Shown here: piece after piece, positions 1-10,513 of the stretch
Numbering within the stretch: the stretch's first letter is position 1
Layout of the letters: every line of letters begins with the position of its first letter
NCBI RefSeq assembly: GCF_041956535.1
Contig: NW_027192202.1
Span: forward strand, 459,474 to 523,473
Direction of reading: 5' to 3'
Source: Calcarisporiella thermophila CBS 279.70
Lineage: Eukaryota; Fungi; Calcarisporiellomycota
Length of the DNA stretch: 64,000 nucleotides
The notes under the pieces: generated by a model
Database searches by the model: none
Told to the model about the DNA's origin: nothing
What the model saw: the letters and a program-made list of their open reading frames with translations, nothing else
Position numbers and translations under genes: made by a program

Positions 1-814
1 CTCCCAAATATGGAGCTACGTTTCAGATTCGGTCTAGGCCCTCAATACCGATAGCCATAGGAAGACTTACCCGCAACGACAGCTTCTGCCACCTCTAAAA
101 CATCGCCCAGTCTACATGCACTTTCAACAATACTGTGACATAGTAATCCGTTTCCTTATGTTTATACAAAAACGAGAAAAAAATAACCACTTATCAACCC
201 TGAAAGGACTTAAAAAAAAGGGGGATGAAACTGGTGATAATCGCTGTACGTTTGCAACAACTGAAAGAGGCTCCCAAGAATATAAATTACCTAGTTCGTT
301 TTCAGATACTTCAACCACTAATGAAGCAAGTCACCGAGTCAAAAGAACCTCTGCTCCATGGTTGACAATATATCATCATCAAATTCACCGGTTCTCAAAA
401 AGCGACTACTTCAATAGGGCCAGGGGAGATGGAAAACAGCTTACCCCATATCTGGTTGAATCTTGGCCATTTTCAACATAGCTAACTTGAGAGTAGGAAC
501 AAAAAAGGTGGAAACTTATCCGAAGTATCATCAGATAGAATTAAAACATAACACACGAAGCTTTGAAGTTTTTGCAATGAGAGCAAATAGTAGTCTAGCT
601 CAAATTCCAGGTTATTATGAGGATTTGATTAGTATAACAATGGAGTGGTTAGAGGCCAATATTTACTCGGTATCGAACATATAGAAATAAGAGTGAACTG
701 ATGGTTTTAATTGTTGGCCAGTAAATTCTGGCAGTAGAATGTAATTTTTCATTAAAAAATCAAAAAAGGAAGAGACTATTTTCATCTCTATCCAACGTAT
801 TCTAGGCTGAGACG

Positions 815-3390
815 ATGCAAAGTGAAAATTGGGGTCCTGATGCATCACACTTTAGCGATGAGCCTTTGGATACCATAGATCTTGATGCAGATCCTACCAA
901 CTCGGGACCCGATCAGGTGCTTGCTGATCTCTCCATTTCATCGCCCAAATTCTTCCCTAGCACTGCTTCAAACCATTCTCCCACCATCAATATTAACACG
1001 ACAACGACAACGACAACGACAACGACCTCAGCTACTACAGCGACCTCAATTCCGCCAGTTTCCTCTACAGCTAATGCTCCGAAACAACCTCTTATGAAAA
1101 AGGAGATTGACGATATCCTTACGTTTGATGCAGATGGAGATCCTTATTTCGAGGAAGTATCTCTAGATCATAATCCTCTGCCGACTCCAACCGAAACCCC
1201 TTCCTTCTTCCTCCCAAGCCGAAAACCCACCCTCTCCTCGCCAATAGGATCTTTCCTCACTCGACGCACCTCTTCATCTATTCCAGAAAATGGTCCTTAT
1301 TCCGGTTCCAAATTCTCTGAGAGTAAAGTGGATGTGTCCGGCCCATACTGGTCCATTTCGAGTGTACTCTCAGATGAAGCTGAGGATATACGGTTCAATT
1401 CATCTACGTCACTAGGAACTCCGCATCAGCATCAGCCGCCTTCCCCAGCTACCTCTCCATCGCCCGCTCCATCCACCAACCACAAAAGTCCGGTGATAGA
1501 TAAAAATTCAGCGCATTTAAACTCAAACATAGGACAACAACTTAAAAAGAGTGCGTCCTGGAGTAATGTGAACCGGCCAGACAATCTGAAAGAGAAAGCC
1601 GCACGCTTTGGGCATAAAGCAAGACGGCCTAGGTGAGTGCACCAGTGTGAATCTACAACGAGGAATTTTATTTAATTCCATTTCGTGCGAGACAGTTTAT
1701 TCAGCTCATCAGCAACGGCCAACAACCACCATCCTATGGAAGTTTATATATCTCAGACACGCCCACGGTAAATTATGAGTATTAAGTCAACCTTAGCAGA
1801 TCGTTTTATCAATAATATTTTTTCACTACTGCTGTTTTCAGGATGCTACCACCCAAAGATCCGGCTGAAGAAAAACGTCATCGCCAGGAATATAAGAATA
1901 TGATGAAAAAGGCCAAAGCAGCAGAGGAGAAGAAAGCTCGAATGGAACTGAAACGGAAGGAGGAGAGAGATCGGTATCTTAGAGAGGCCATTCAGGCTTG
2001 GGAGAATGAAATCCTTCCTAAGTGGACTGAGAAGTACGCGCAAGTTTATACATGCTCGCCAAGTGAATTCTAGTGACCCTACTAATTCTGCTAATTCTGC
2101 TAATTCATAGACGACATTCAAAAAAGACACTTGAACTCTGGTCAAATGGTATACCACCACGGATTCGCGGTAAGGTCTGGATTTTATGCATTGGCAATGG
2201 TCTCAAATTGACAAAAGGTAAAGAATAAGGTCGGCATTCCTTTGTTATAAACTTTTATCCATAATTCTATTTTGACATTAGAGCACTTCAAAATATATTT
2301 GGAGGGGTAAGTTTAATTTCCAGATTATAGACTTTGGTAGTCAATCCTAATATTCAAAGAAACAGGGAGAAAACGAGCAGTGCTCGGACATCAGAGGAAA
2401 GTAGCGCATCCACCATTGACCAGAAACAGCAAATATATAGATTGGTTGATGAGGATATTCTACGCACCTTACCATCCTTGTGTCTCTACCAGGTTAGTTT
2501 TTTTTTTAGTTTGAGTATAAATTCTAATATTCCTTAACATATTATCTTCGTTATCTTTCACCATATATAGCCGGACGGACCTCTATACGAAACGATTAAA
2601 TCCGTGCTCAAGGCGCACGCTTCATATCGTTCAGATATTCCTTATGTAGGTGTTATTACAAGTGTACATGTTTTAGCTTTGACCTTATCGTCGTTTTCCT
2701 CTCCTCCACAGGTATCTGGAACGAGCTTCCTTGCTGGCATGCTATTGCTTAATATGAATCCAACAAATGCTTTTATATGTCTATCCAACCTCGTTACTCG
2801 CGGATGTTTGAATGCCTTTTTTGATCCAAAGAATTATGCAGAGGTAAACGTTTATAACGAATATCTCGAAGGCGGAAATGGTTTTTATAGTGCATTATTG
2901 GATTTGTTTAGATGAAGGCCTATTATAAAGTATTCAATGTATTGTTTGCGGAGCATTTGCCTTTGCTCTACCTCCATTTTAAGGGGATGGACCTTGTGCC
3001 CGAGCACTATCTTCGCGATTGGTGAGTACATTTGTTGAGCAGCATTTTATAAAATCTCTTTTCCTTACTCTTATTTTTTTTCTATTCTAACCAAGGTTGT
3101 TGACTCTTTATGCCGAGAATCTTCCCCTGGAAATTTCAGGCCGCATATGGGATAACTATTTCCTATTCGGAGATGCGTTTCTCTTTCGGGCCGCACTCGC
3201 TCTTCTACGAATACTTGAACCCCATCTATGGGGAGGCAGCTATGAAGACACAATATATCAGCTGCGACGTTATCGAGATGCAACTGAATTTAACCCGGAG
3301 CGATATTGGGAGGTTGTTTGGTCTTCGGTACAATTGAATGAGCATCGGTGGCGCGCACTGATCGCCGAACATGTTATGACTGCATGCTAA
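815..3390 (+). CDS. TBC-domain Rab GTPase-activating protein (TBC1D12/14-like), multi-exon
   Basis: Long S/T/P-rich N-terminal exon (815-1632, GTGAGT donor). Later exons encode LPPKDPAEEKRH, W..GIPPRIRGKVW, VDEDILRTLP, YRSDIPYVSGTSFLAGMLLLNM and RIWDNYFLFGDAFLFRAALALL, which are TBC-domain motifs. Stop TAA at 3388-3390. Confidence 0.9.
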
Positions 3391-3678
3391 AATACGGCAA
3401 CCAATTTTTTTTCTTCTTTCACTTATAGATACATCATTAATTGATTGACTCCTGTTGGAAAAAAAAGTCAAACACAATGTTTTGATTTACTTCGGTTCCT
3501 CTGCGACATTTATTTTGTTATTATTCCAATTTTCTCTTTTCTTTTCCGATTGTACACTATCCCGCAATCCCAGATTTTATTAACCTTAATATTCATATTA
3601 TTCAATATTTGCACTCCATGTGGCTTGAGCAAATAAATATATGAGTGGCCACATTTATCGAGAGTCCCGTTATAAAAA

Positions 3679-3968
3679 ATGAATTCTTCGTCACCCAATT
3701 CTCGACGATCCGAAAGGGAATATCAAGATTGTCTACCTTGCCGGCTCACTGGATCGGCTGCATTTACTGGGCTCGGGATCTATGCGTTCTATCAGGCCAA
3801 TTTGCCAAAGGCCAACTTAAAGCAACCTGCGCGCGTTGGATTGGGAGTCATGGGTTTAGGTTGGTTTGACTAATGCATTCAATTGCCTTTTTTTTTTACT
3901 GGGATCATAACATTCTCTCATCAATAACAGTGTTTATTTCGGCTGGTCTCTTTCGCTTGATTGTATAG
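3679..3968 (+). CDS. Small membrane protein, DUF4536/DMAC1-like
   Basis: DCLPCRLTGSAAFTGLGIY is a CxxC followed by a Gly-rich TM segment. One intron (~3860-3930), then a second hydrophobic exon VFISAGLFRLIV and stop TAG at 3966-3968. Confidence 0.75.
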
Positions 3969-4083
3969 TTCGACGGTCGAAATCGATCAATGGATGTATT
4001 TATAATAAATACTTGATAATAATTAGAATTGAGTTACTCTCTCTAAAAAATTTTTTGAGTGGGGGTAATATAAGAAAGGTTAT

Positions 4084-6028
4084 TTAAAGAATATAGTCCT
4101 TCAGCTTCCTTAGTCGTTCAATGGCGAGATCCAGAGTCGCGTCATCTTTACAAAAGGCAAATCGTGCAAAATTTTCTCCCAATTGCCTATTCTCTACCGA
4201 GTAGAATTCTGTTGGAGGGATCGCAACTACACCAATTTCCTTTGCCAGCCAGTAACAAGTGCGGAAGTCGGCCGCACGATTCAACACACTAGCGGGGTAG
4301 GGATAGCCAGAATCGGCTGAGGGAACGCGCAAGCGAGAGGTATTTGCAAGGATAAAATAAGAGCCGTCGGGCACAGTGCACGGAAGGCCCAATTCCTTGA
4401 AGACTCCAAGAAGTTTATCACGTTTGGAGGTATACGACTCGATGAGATCACGGAAGTATGGCGCTGTCTGGCAGTGTTCGAGTCCGGCTGCGATAGCCTC
4501 TTGCATTGGAGAGTTGACACAGAAGACAATCCGGGTGTGGGCACTGAGGGGGGGCTCAATGAGATTGCTTGGGCCAATAAGCCAACCAACTCGCCAGCCC
4601 GTGACACCAAACTACAGAAAAAGACGAGAGATGATGAGTACTTGGGGGCAATAAATATAGGGATCAGCCTTGACATACAGTTTTTCCTCCGCTCCCAACC
4701 GTGATTGTTCGCTCCCACATACCGGGAAGGGTAGCAATGCGGACATGTTCGCTTGGAGAGAAGAAGAGGCGATCGTACTGTATTACAAAAAGGGTTACTT
4801 GAATTGCTCCTTTAGACTGCATTCTCGAGAAAGCACTTACCACTTCGTCACTAATCACCAATAAGTTGTGCTGAATTGCCAGGTTTGACAACTGCAACAG
4901 CTCCTCGCGAGAGAACACTTTGCCAACCGGGTTATGGGGAGTATTAAGAACAATTATACGCGTTCTCGGCGAAATTTTCGAACGCAATTCGTCCATATCG
5001 ATTTTCCACTCTCCCGACGAAACAAATTCATTAGAGCTTTTGGCGGGAGGACGGATAGGCAAATAAACGGGAACACCCCCATTCATTGATATATTTGGCT
5101 ATTATATGTAAACCGTCGTTAGTTGATCGAGAAAAATTGAAATAGAACGCTGGCGATACAAACCACATATTGATCAAAGAAAGGTTCCATAATGATAACC
5201 TCGTCTCCTTGATTCAAATAAGCAGTGAAAATACTTAACATCGCTAATCGTAAAAACTTTTCATTAAAAGATCCCCCCCAAAAAAACCCTGGAAAATGCA
5301 TTTCAATATCACCTTCGTTAGCGCCTGCGCCTACCATGATTTCAGTGTCCGGATTAATTTGTCGGTCAAAAAGCGGGCTGTAAGAATTGGCTATAGCCTG
5401 ATAAACGAATTAGCTTTATGGGTTACTAAGCATGTTTGTAGATATTATCTCACCTTTCTTAGTCGCGGATTTCCTCTTGGATGACTATAAAATGATAGAA
5501 AAAAAAAGACACGTATGAGCCCAAGCTCTACAAATGAAATATTTCAATAATAAAAACCTATATTGATTGCACTCGTTTCTTATCAAAGCCTTCTGAGCAG
5601 CTTCAATAATGAAATCGGGCGGCGCGAAACTATGTGGAGAACATATAGGTTTATAGCGTTAATAACGTAGTCGCATTTTAAATGAATCATTTCAGTTTCC
5701 ATCGAAGCTCACTTCATAAATCCTTGGCCCAAGTTGATGGCCTTCGTTTCAGCAGCCAATGGGGTAAAGATAGACCACACTATAGCAGGAAAAAAAAGTC
5801 GATTTGATAAATTGACATTAATAAAGTGAACTGATGATGAACACCGAATAAGAATAAATCACCATCTTGCTCGAAATGGGCAACTTTCTCGGAGGGTGCA
5901 AACGGCGAATCTCGCTTTACTTGGGAGTTAGTAGAACTCATTCTCACAGTAGCTAGCAATGCGCCGCGATTCGCCGATAAATAAGTTCGTTGAAAGAATG
6001 GGAGAAATCGCCTCAAATGCCCTGACAT
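4084..6028 (-). CDS. BNA3: Kynurenine/glutamine aminotransferase (class I PLP, Bna3/KAT-like), multi-exon
   Basis: Exons give AINLGQGFM, GDEVIIMEPFFDQY, IVLNTPHNPVGKVFS, VISDEVYDRL, TITVGSGGKT, VPDGSYFILAN and FARFAFCKDDATL. Confidence 0.9.
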
Positions 6029-8166
6029 TCGAAAAAAAAAAGTTCTAGCTGTGGGGGAAACAGTTATATACAAAGTGAGATAACATGATTTTACTTGTGG
6101 CACAGAGCTATTGTGCGATTTCCATTTACTCTGACGGAAGCCCCTTAACTCTCACATCAGCAAAAGGGATTTGTTGGAGGCTCTGACTGTGTGAGTTCGG
6201 CTGTTATGGTTGGGGGAAAGTTTAGCTGGTAAAAAAATTGGGATAATATTGCAGTCATCCTTTAATTTTTGGTCATTAAAAAACTCTTTTTACCACTTAA
6301 AGGTGGTTAACAATGAAAATGATAATGAGAAAGAGCTTCTATCTACAAAATCAACCCACTTATTTAAAAGAAAACTCATAAAATCTAAATGCATTAACAC
6401 ATTTGCATCGAACTAATTGAAGAGAGAGCCCTCAAAAAGTCCAAGTAATAGGTAAAAGAGAAAGGGCTAAAGAGTTAAAATGCATTTCAGACTATTGCGT
6501 GCAGGAATAACTACCCCAGTTCTATCGTAGACATGAAAAGAGGCCAACAATATGCATCGCATTTTAGTCTCTGTGGCTAGAGTAGACGCTCTAACGGTTG
6601 AGAAGGAGAGCCGTCAGTGCGCTAAAGAATTACCACAGGACTCGAACTTGTAGCAACATTCGGGAAGCGAATTTCGTTTAATACATCTCCGCTAAAATGC
6701 TGTGTTTCATCTGGTAAATTTTTTCCTATAGGTCTAATTTATTATGAAAAATGCTGGAAATTCGGAAACCCTTAATTTAATTAACAAGCTAAAGAGTAAA
6801 CCAATTAAATGGCCAATTCTCCTGGGGTTTGGACTCGAGAAGATAATCAGTGCTCAAAAGCTTTGTCCTGCCGGGTTAATTATCATAATGGAAGTGCGGG
6901 CTGACTTATTTGGTTAGGACCCTCTCGGAAACTGGTCTTTGGTGTGGAAAAGAGGATAGAGGGGAATGAGCGATTAAAACAAATAATGGTGGAAAGGTAG
7001 CTTATCAGCACAAGCAGATCGTATAGATTCGAGATTCGCTCTTGGCTCATACTTGGCAGTTTGGATTCTCGTATTTACTCTACACCTCTTCTGTAGAGAA
7101 AAGGCTACATTTTTATCCACGCGAAGCTATCCTCTTAGTGTAATCAATGAAGATGTTTCACTTGGCGTTTATCTAAACCCTACCATGGCCATAATACGTA
7201 ACAAAGCTTTACAAATAACCACAAATATTTTAAATCTTACATATTTTTCGTCTTTTATCGGCTGAATGGGGAAGTAAAACGGAACATAATTTTACCTGAA
7301 AAATCATTCAGCCTATCTACCCATCGCTTTACAAAATTCAATATACTGAATATCATTACATACGAAATAGCTTTAAAATTTTGATGCTGAGAATCAGTAT
7401 TGCCGCCTAGTTGAAGCATTCTAGAACTGGGTCGTAGTGTCCTTAAGATCATAAACCTCATTGTCTTGAATTTTACCACTTATCACATTATTTTACAAAA
7501 CGGCTCTGGTGTTCCCTAAGTGTCTTTATTTTTTTTTTGCCACCATACTTGAAGATGATTTGTGTTTGCCCTCGAGATAACGGGCTGGTATCTTCTAACC
7601 ATCTATTGGAATACAATTGGGAGAGATATTCGAAGTTGCTGTATAATTTGAGAAGTATCCCAAGCCACTCGGCTCTTATTTCGTTTTATTTATAAAATTT
7701 TATATTTAAATTGGTCCTATTTTAGGGATTTTTAGCTCGGGTTTCACACAAAATTTCAAAAAGGAAGTGGGATGCAAGCTTTATGTAGAACTGAGGTCGA
7801 ACGAGCGTTAATAAATATCTTGCTAGTAGAAATAAATTAATCATGCCCAAAAGCTCCGCTTTTTCGCATAATATATTCTTCCTTGGCCAGTGCCTTTTCT
7901 TCAACGCAAAATCACAGTAGGACAAGGTGTCTGACCCACCTGCATGGAACCCAAGTTCTGGGCAGGGAGCAAAATTTCGTGAACCTCAAGATTGACTTTG
8001 AGGAGCATGATATAAAACCGAATTTTGCACTTTTTCTGTTCTTTCCCATTTTTCTCTCTTTCATTCACCCCTCCCCGCTTGCATAACTCATTCCTTTGTT
8101 ATAATAATATTGCAATCCTTCCTTTCCTTTTTTTCATTTAGCATATCTCTCTAACCATATCCTAAG

Positions 8167-10166
8167 ATGGTGAAACTCTTCACCCTCGCTGCTGCACTCA
8201 CGCTTGTAGCCTCTGCGGCAGCTATTCCCCTGGAGTCGGCCGAAGAGAATGCCCCGCATCTCGAGGAACGCACATTGGGGCTCCTCGCTGGAAGTTTGGC
8301 TCCTCCGGCAGCATCGGGCGGTTGCTGCCCCCGTGTATCTAAGCGTACCCTCGGTTTATTAGCTGGTTTGAGTGGAGCGGGCCAGTGCTGTGAATTTAGG
8401 GGCTTCAAGACGAAACGCACCCTTGGACTGCTTGCTGGCTTGCTTGGCAAGAAGTGCGTACCATGCAGAAACAACTGCGTGCCTTGCAATGCAAACGGCA
8501 ACACCAACGTCAACAACAATAGCAACACGAACATTAATAATGTGAGTTAGACTATTTGAGGATGTATAGCTTTGACGGGAGATTAACCATTTTATTTCAT
8601 TAGAACAATAACAACAATAACAACAACAATAACAATCCAAATAACAATAACCAGGGTGGAAATGGCGGTGATAACGGAGAAGAGACCGAGGAAACGGAAG
8701 AAGAAGAGACCACCGAGGAGGAGACTGAAGAGGAGCAGAAGAAGAAGGAGAAGGAGAAGCAAGCGACAGAAAAGGAGGAGACCGAAGAAGAGACCGGAAA
8801 ACCGGGTAAACCTGAGACACCTGAGAAGCCTGAGAAGCCTGAGAAGCCCGAGAAGCCCGAGAAGCCTGAGAAGCCCGAGAAGCCCGAGAAGCCCGAGAAG
8901 CCTGAGAAACCTGAAAAGCCCGAGAAGCCTGAGAAGCCCGAGACTCCAGAAAAACCAGGAAAGCCTGGTACTGAAACCGGCAAGACTGAGCAAAACGGCA
9001 AAACAGAGCAAACTGGTAAAACAGAGACCGAAAAACCTGAAAAGCCCGAGAAGCCCGAGAAGCCTGAAAAGCCTGAGAAGCCAGGACAGCCTAATACACC
9101 CCCTCCCACGACCACGAACATCACCAACAACAACTCCACCACTATTACTAACAGCGGAGGCAACACATCTACAACTACAAATACTACCGGAAGCAACAAC
9201 TCAAGCTCAAGCTCAAGCAGCAGTTCGTCCAGCAGTTCTGGTAGCAATGGGCAAAACGGACAGAACGGACAGAATGGACAGAATGGTCAGAACGGGCAGA
9301 ATGGACAGAATGGACAGAATGGTCAAAACGGGCAGAACGGCCAAAACGGTCAAAACGGGCAGAATGGTCAGAACGGACAAAATGGATCCTCTGGAACTAA
9401 TGGTACTAATGGAAATGGCAGCACCCCCGGAAGCAATGGTACTGGGCCAGGAGGCAATGGAACTGGGAACGGAGGTAATGGTACTGGAAACGGGGGTAAT
9501 GGAACTGGACAAGGCGGCAATGGAACTGGACAGGGTGGTAATGGACAGGGTGGTAACGGCCAAGGCGGTAATGGTCAAGGAGGCGCTGGAGGTAAAGGTG
9601 AAGCTACCGGAGCTGGTCAAGGAGGTGCAGGAGGCACTGCGACTGTCGGTGGCCAGGGTAACACGACCATTAATGTTACTACCAACATCCCTCCGGGTAC
9701 CGTCAACGTCGGTCCAGGTGGCAATGGAAATACTGGGATGAACACCAATACCAACGAAAATAGCAACAATAACAATAACAACAATAGCAACAACAATAAC
9801 AATAACAATAACAAGAACGATAACGATGATGATGACGACGAGGATGACGAGGATGACGATGACGATTATGAGGATGAAGGCGAAGATGATGAGTATGAAG
9901 GAGAGGACGATGATGAAGGTGATGACGAAGACGACGAAGACGACGAAGACGATGAGGGTGATGAATATGAGAAGGATGAATCGGAAGAAGGAAACAAGTC
10001 TGAATCCGATGGCTCTGAGGATGACTACGAGGACTGCGAAGAGGAAGAGGAGAGTAGCAGTGAAAAGTCAGAGGGCAGCAGCGGTAAGTCAGAGGGTAGT
10101 GGCTCAGACTATGGAAAGGGAAGTGAAGGTGGCGACGATGATTGTGGTTGCGAAGATGAGGATTAG
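8167..10166 (+). CDS. Secreted Kex2-processed repeat precursor fused to a low-complexity/collagen-like scaffold (~645 aa, 2 exons: 8167-8541 and 8604-10166)
   Basis: Signal peptide MVKLFTLAAALTLVASAAA, then three (E/K)R|TLGLLAG modules. A phase-0 GTGAGT...TTAG intron (8542-8603) joins an uninterrupted frame that runs into the 9738-10166 ORF and ends at TAG 10164-10166. Confidence 0.85.
8820..8936 (+). repeat. Coding tandem repeat (CCY GAR AAR)x13 = (Pro-Glu-Lys)13; a second block of ~5 units near 9036-9080
   Basis: 9-nt units read directly in the exon-2 frame. Confidence 0.95.
9240..9410 (+). repeat. Coding Gly-X-Y repeat: 19 consecutive triplets including (Gly-Gln-Asn)15
   Basis: Reads GSN (GQN)15 GSS GTN GTN, with mixed synonymous codons across units. 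Confidence 0.95.
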
Positions 10167-10513
10167 ATTGACTAGCTTCCTATTTATGAATTCTCCACCT
10201 AGATAACTTTTTCTGTTCTCGCAATTAATATTGCATTGTTTAATATCCATATATTATTCTTTATCTCTTTTTTTATTGTTTATACAATGGTTGAAAAGTC
10301 ATCCCTTCTTTTTCAAGCAATAATAAAAAAATTTGAGAAAATAACATTGAATTTTGCAATTGACATGATTTTTCGCAACTGAATATCGAGAATTAACTTA
10401 ATTAAAATTACCAATTAGATAACATATGTTGGCTAAGCCACAAATAGTTTTATTTTTTGGTACCTCTCGTGTCGCGTATTTTGGTGTTCTAAATGAATTA
10501 GTTCTTGCAAGAA

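Noticed and set aside
1-700. Short ORFs and splice-like signals at the window start
   Set aside because: No coherent gene model or family. It may belong to a gene extending outside the window.
6100-8100. 2-kb spacer as a transposon remnant
   Set aside because: No terminal repeats or transposase/RT motifs seen. More simply the upstream region of the secreted gene and BNA3.
8820-9400. Regular short repeats as a CRISPR array or satellite
   Set aside because: No spacers. Units vary only at synonymous positions, so they are coding repeats in a eukaryotic gene.
8592-9741. Arg/Ser-rich 361-aa ORF (8656-9741) and antisense (GFS)n/(LLG)n ORFs
   Set aside because: Alternative-frame readings of the 9-nt PEK and GQN repeats. 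The spliced frame from 8604 explains the region.
8167-10166. Dikaritin/ustiloxin-type RiPP cluster, or a C-terminally amidated peptide at LLG-KK
   Set aside because: Flanking genes are housekeeping (aminotransferase, SMC4) with no tailoring enzymes. Amidation needs a PAM enzyme, which is not generally known in fungi.
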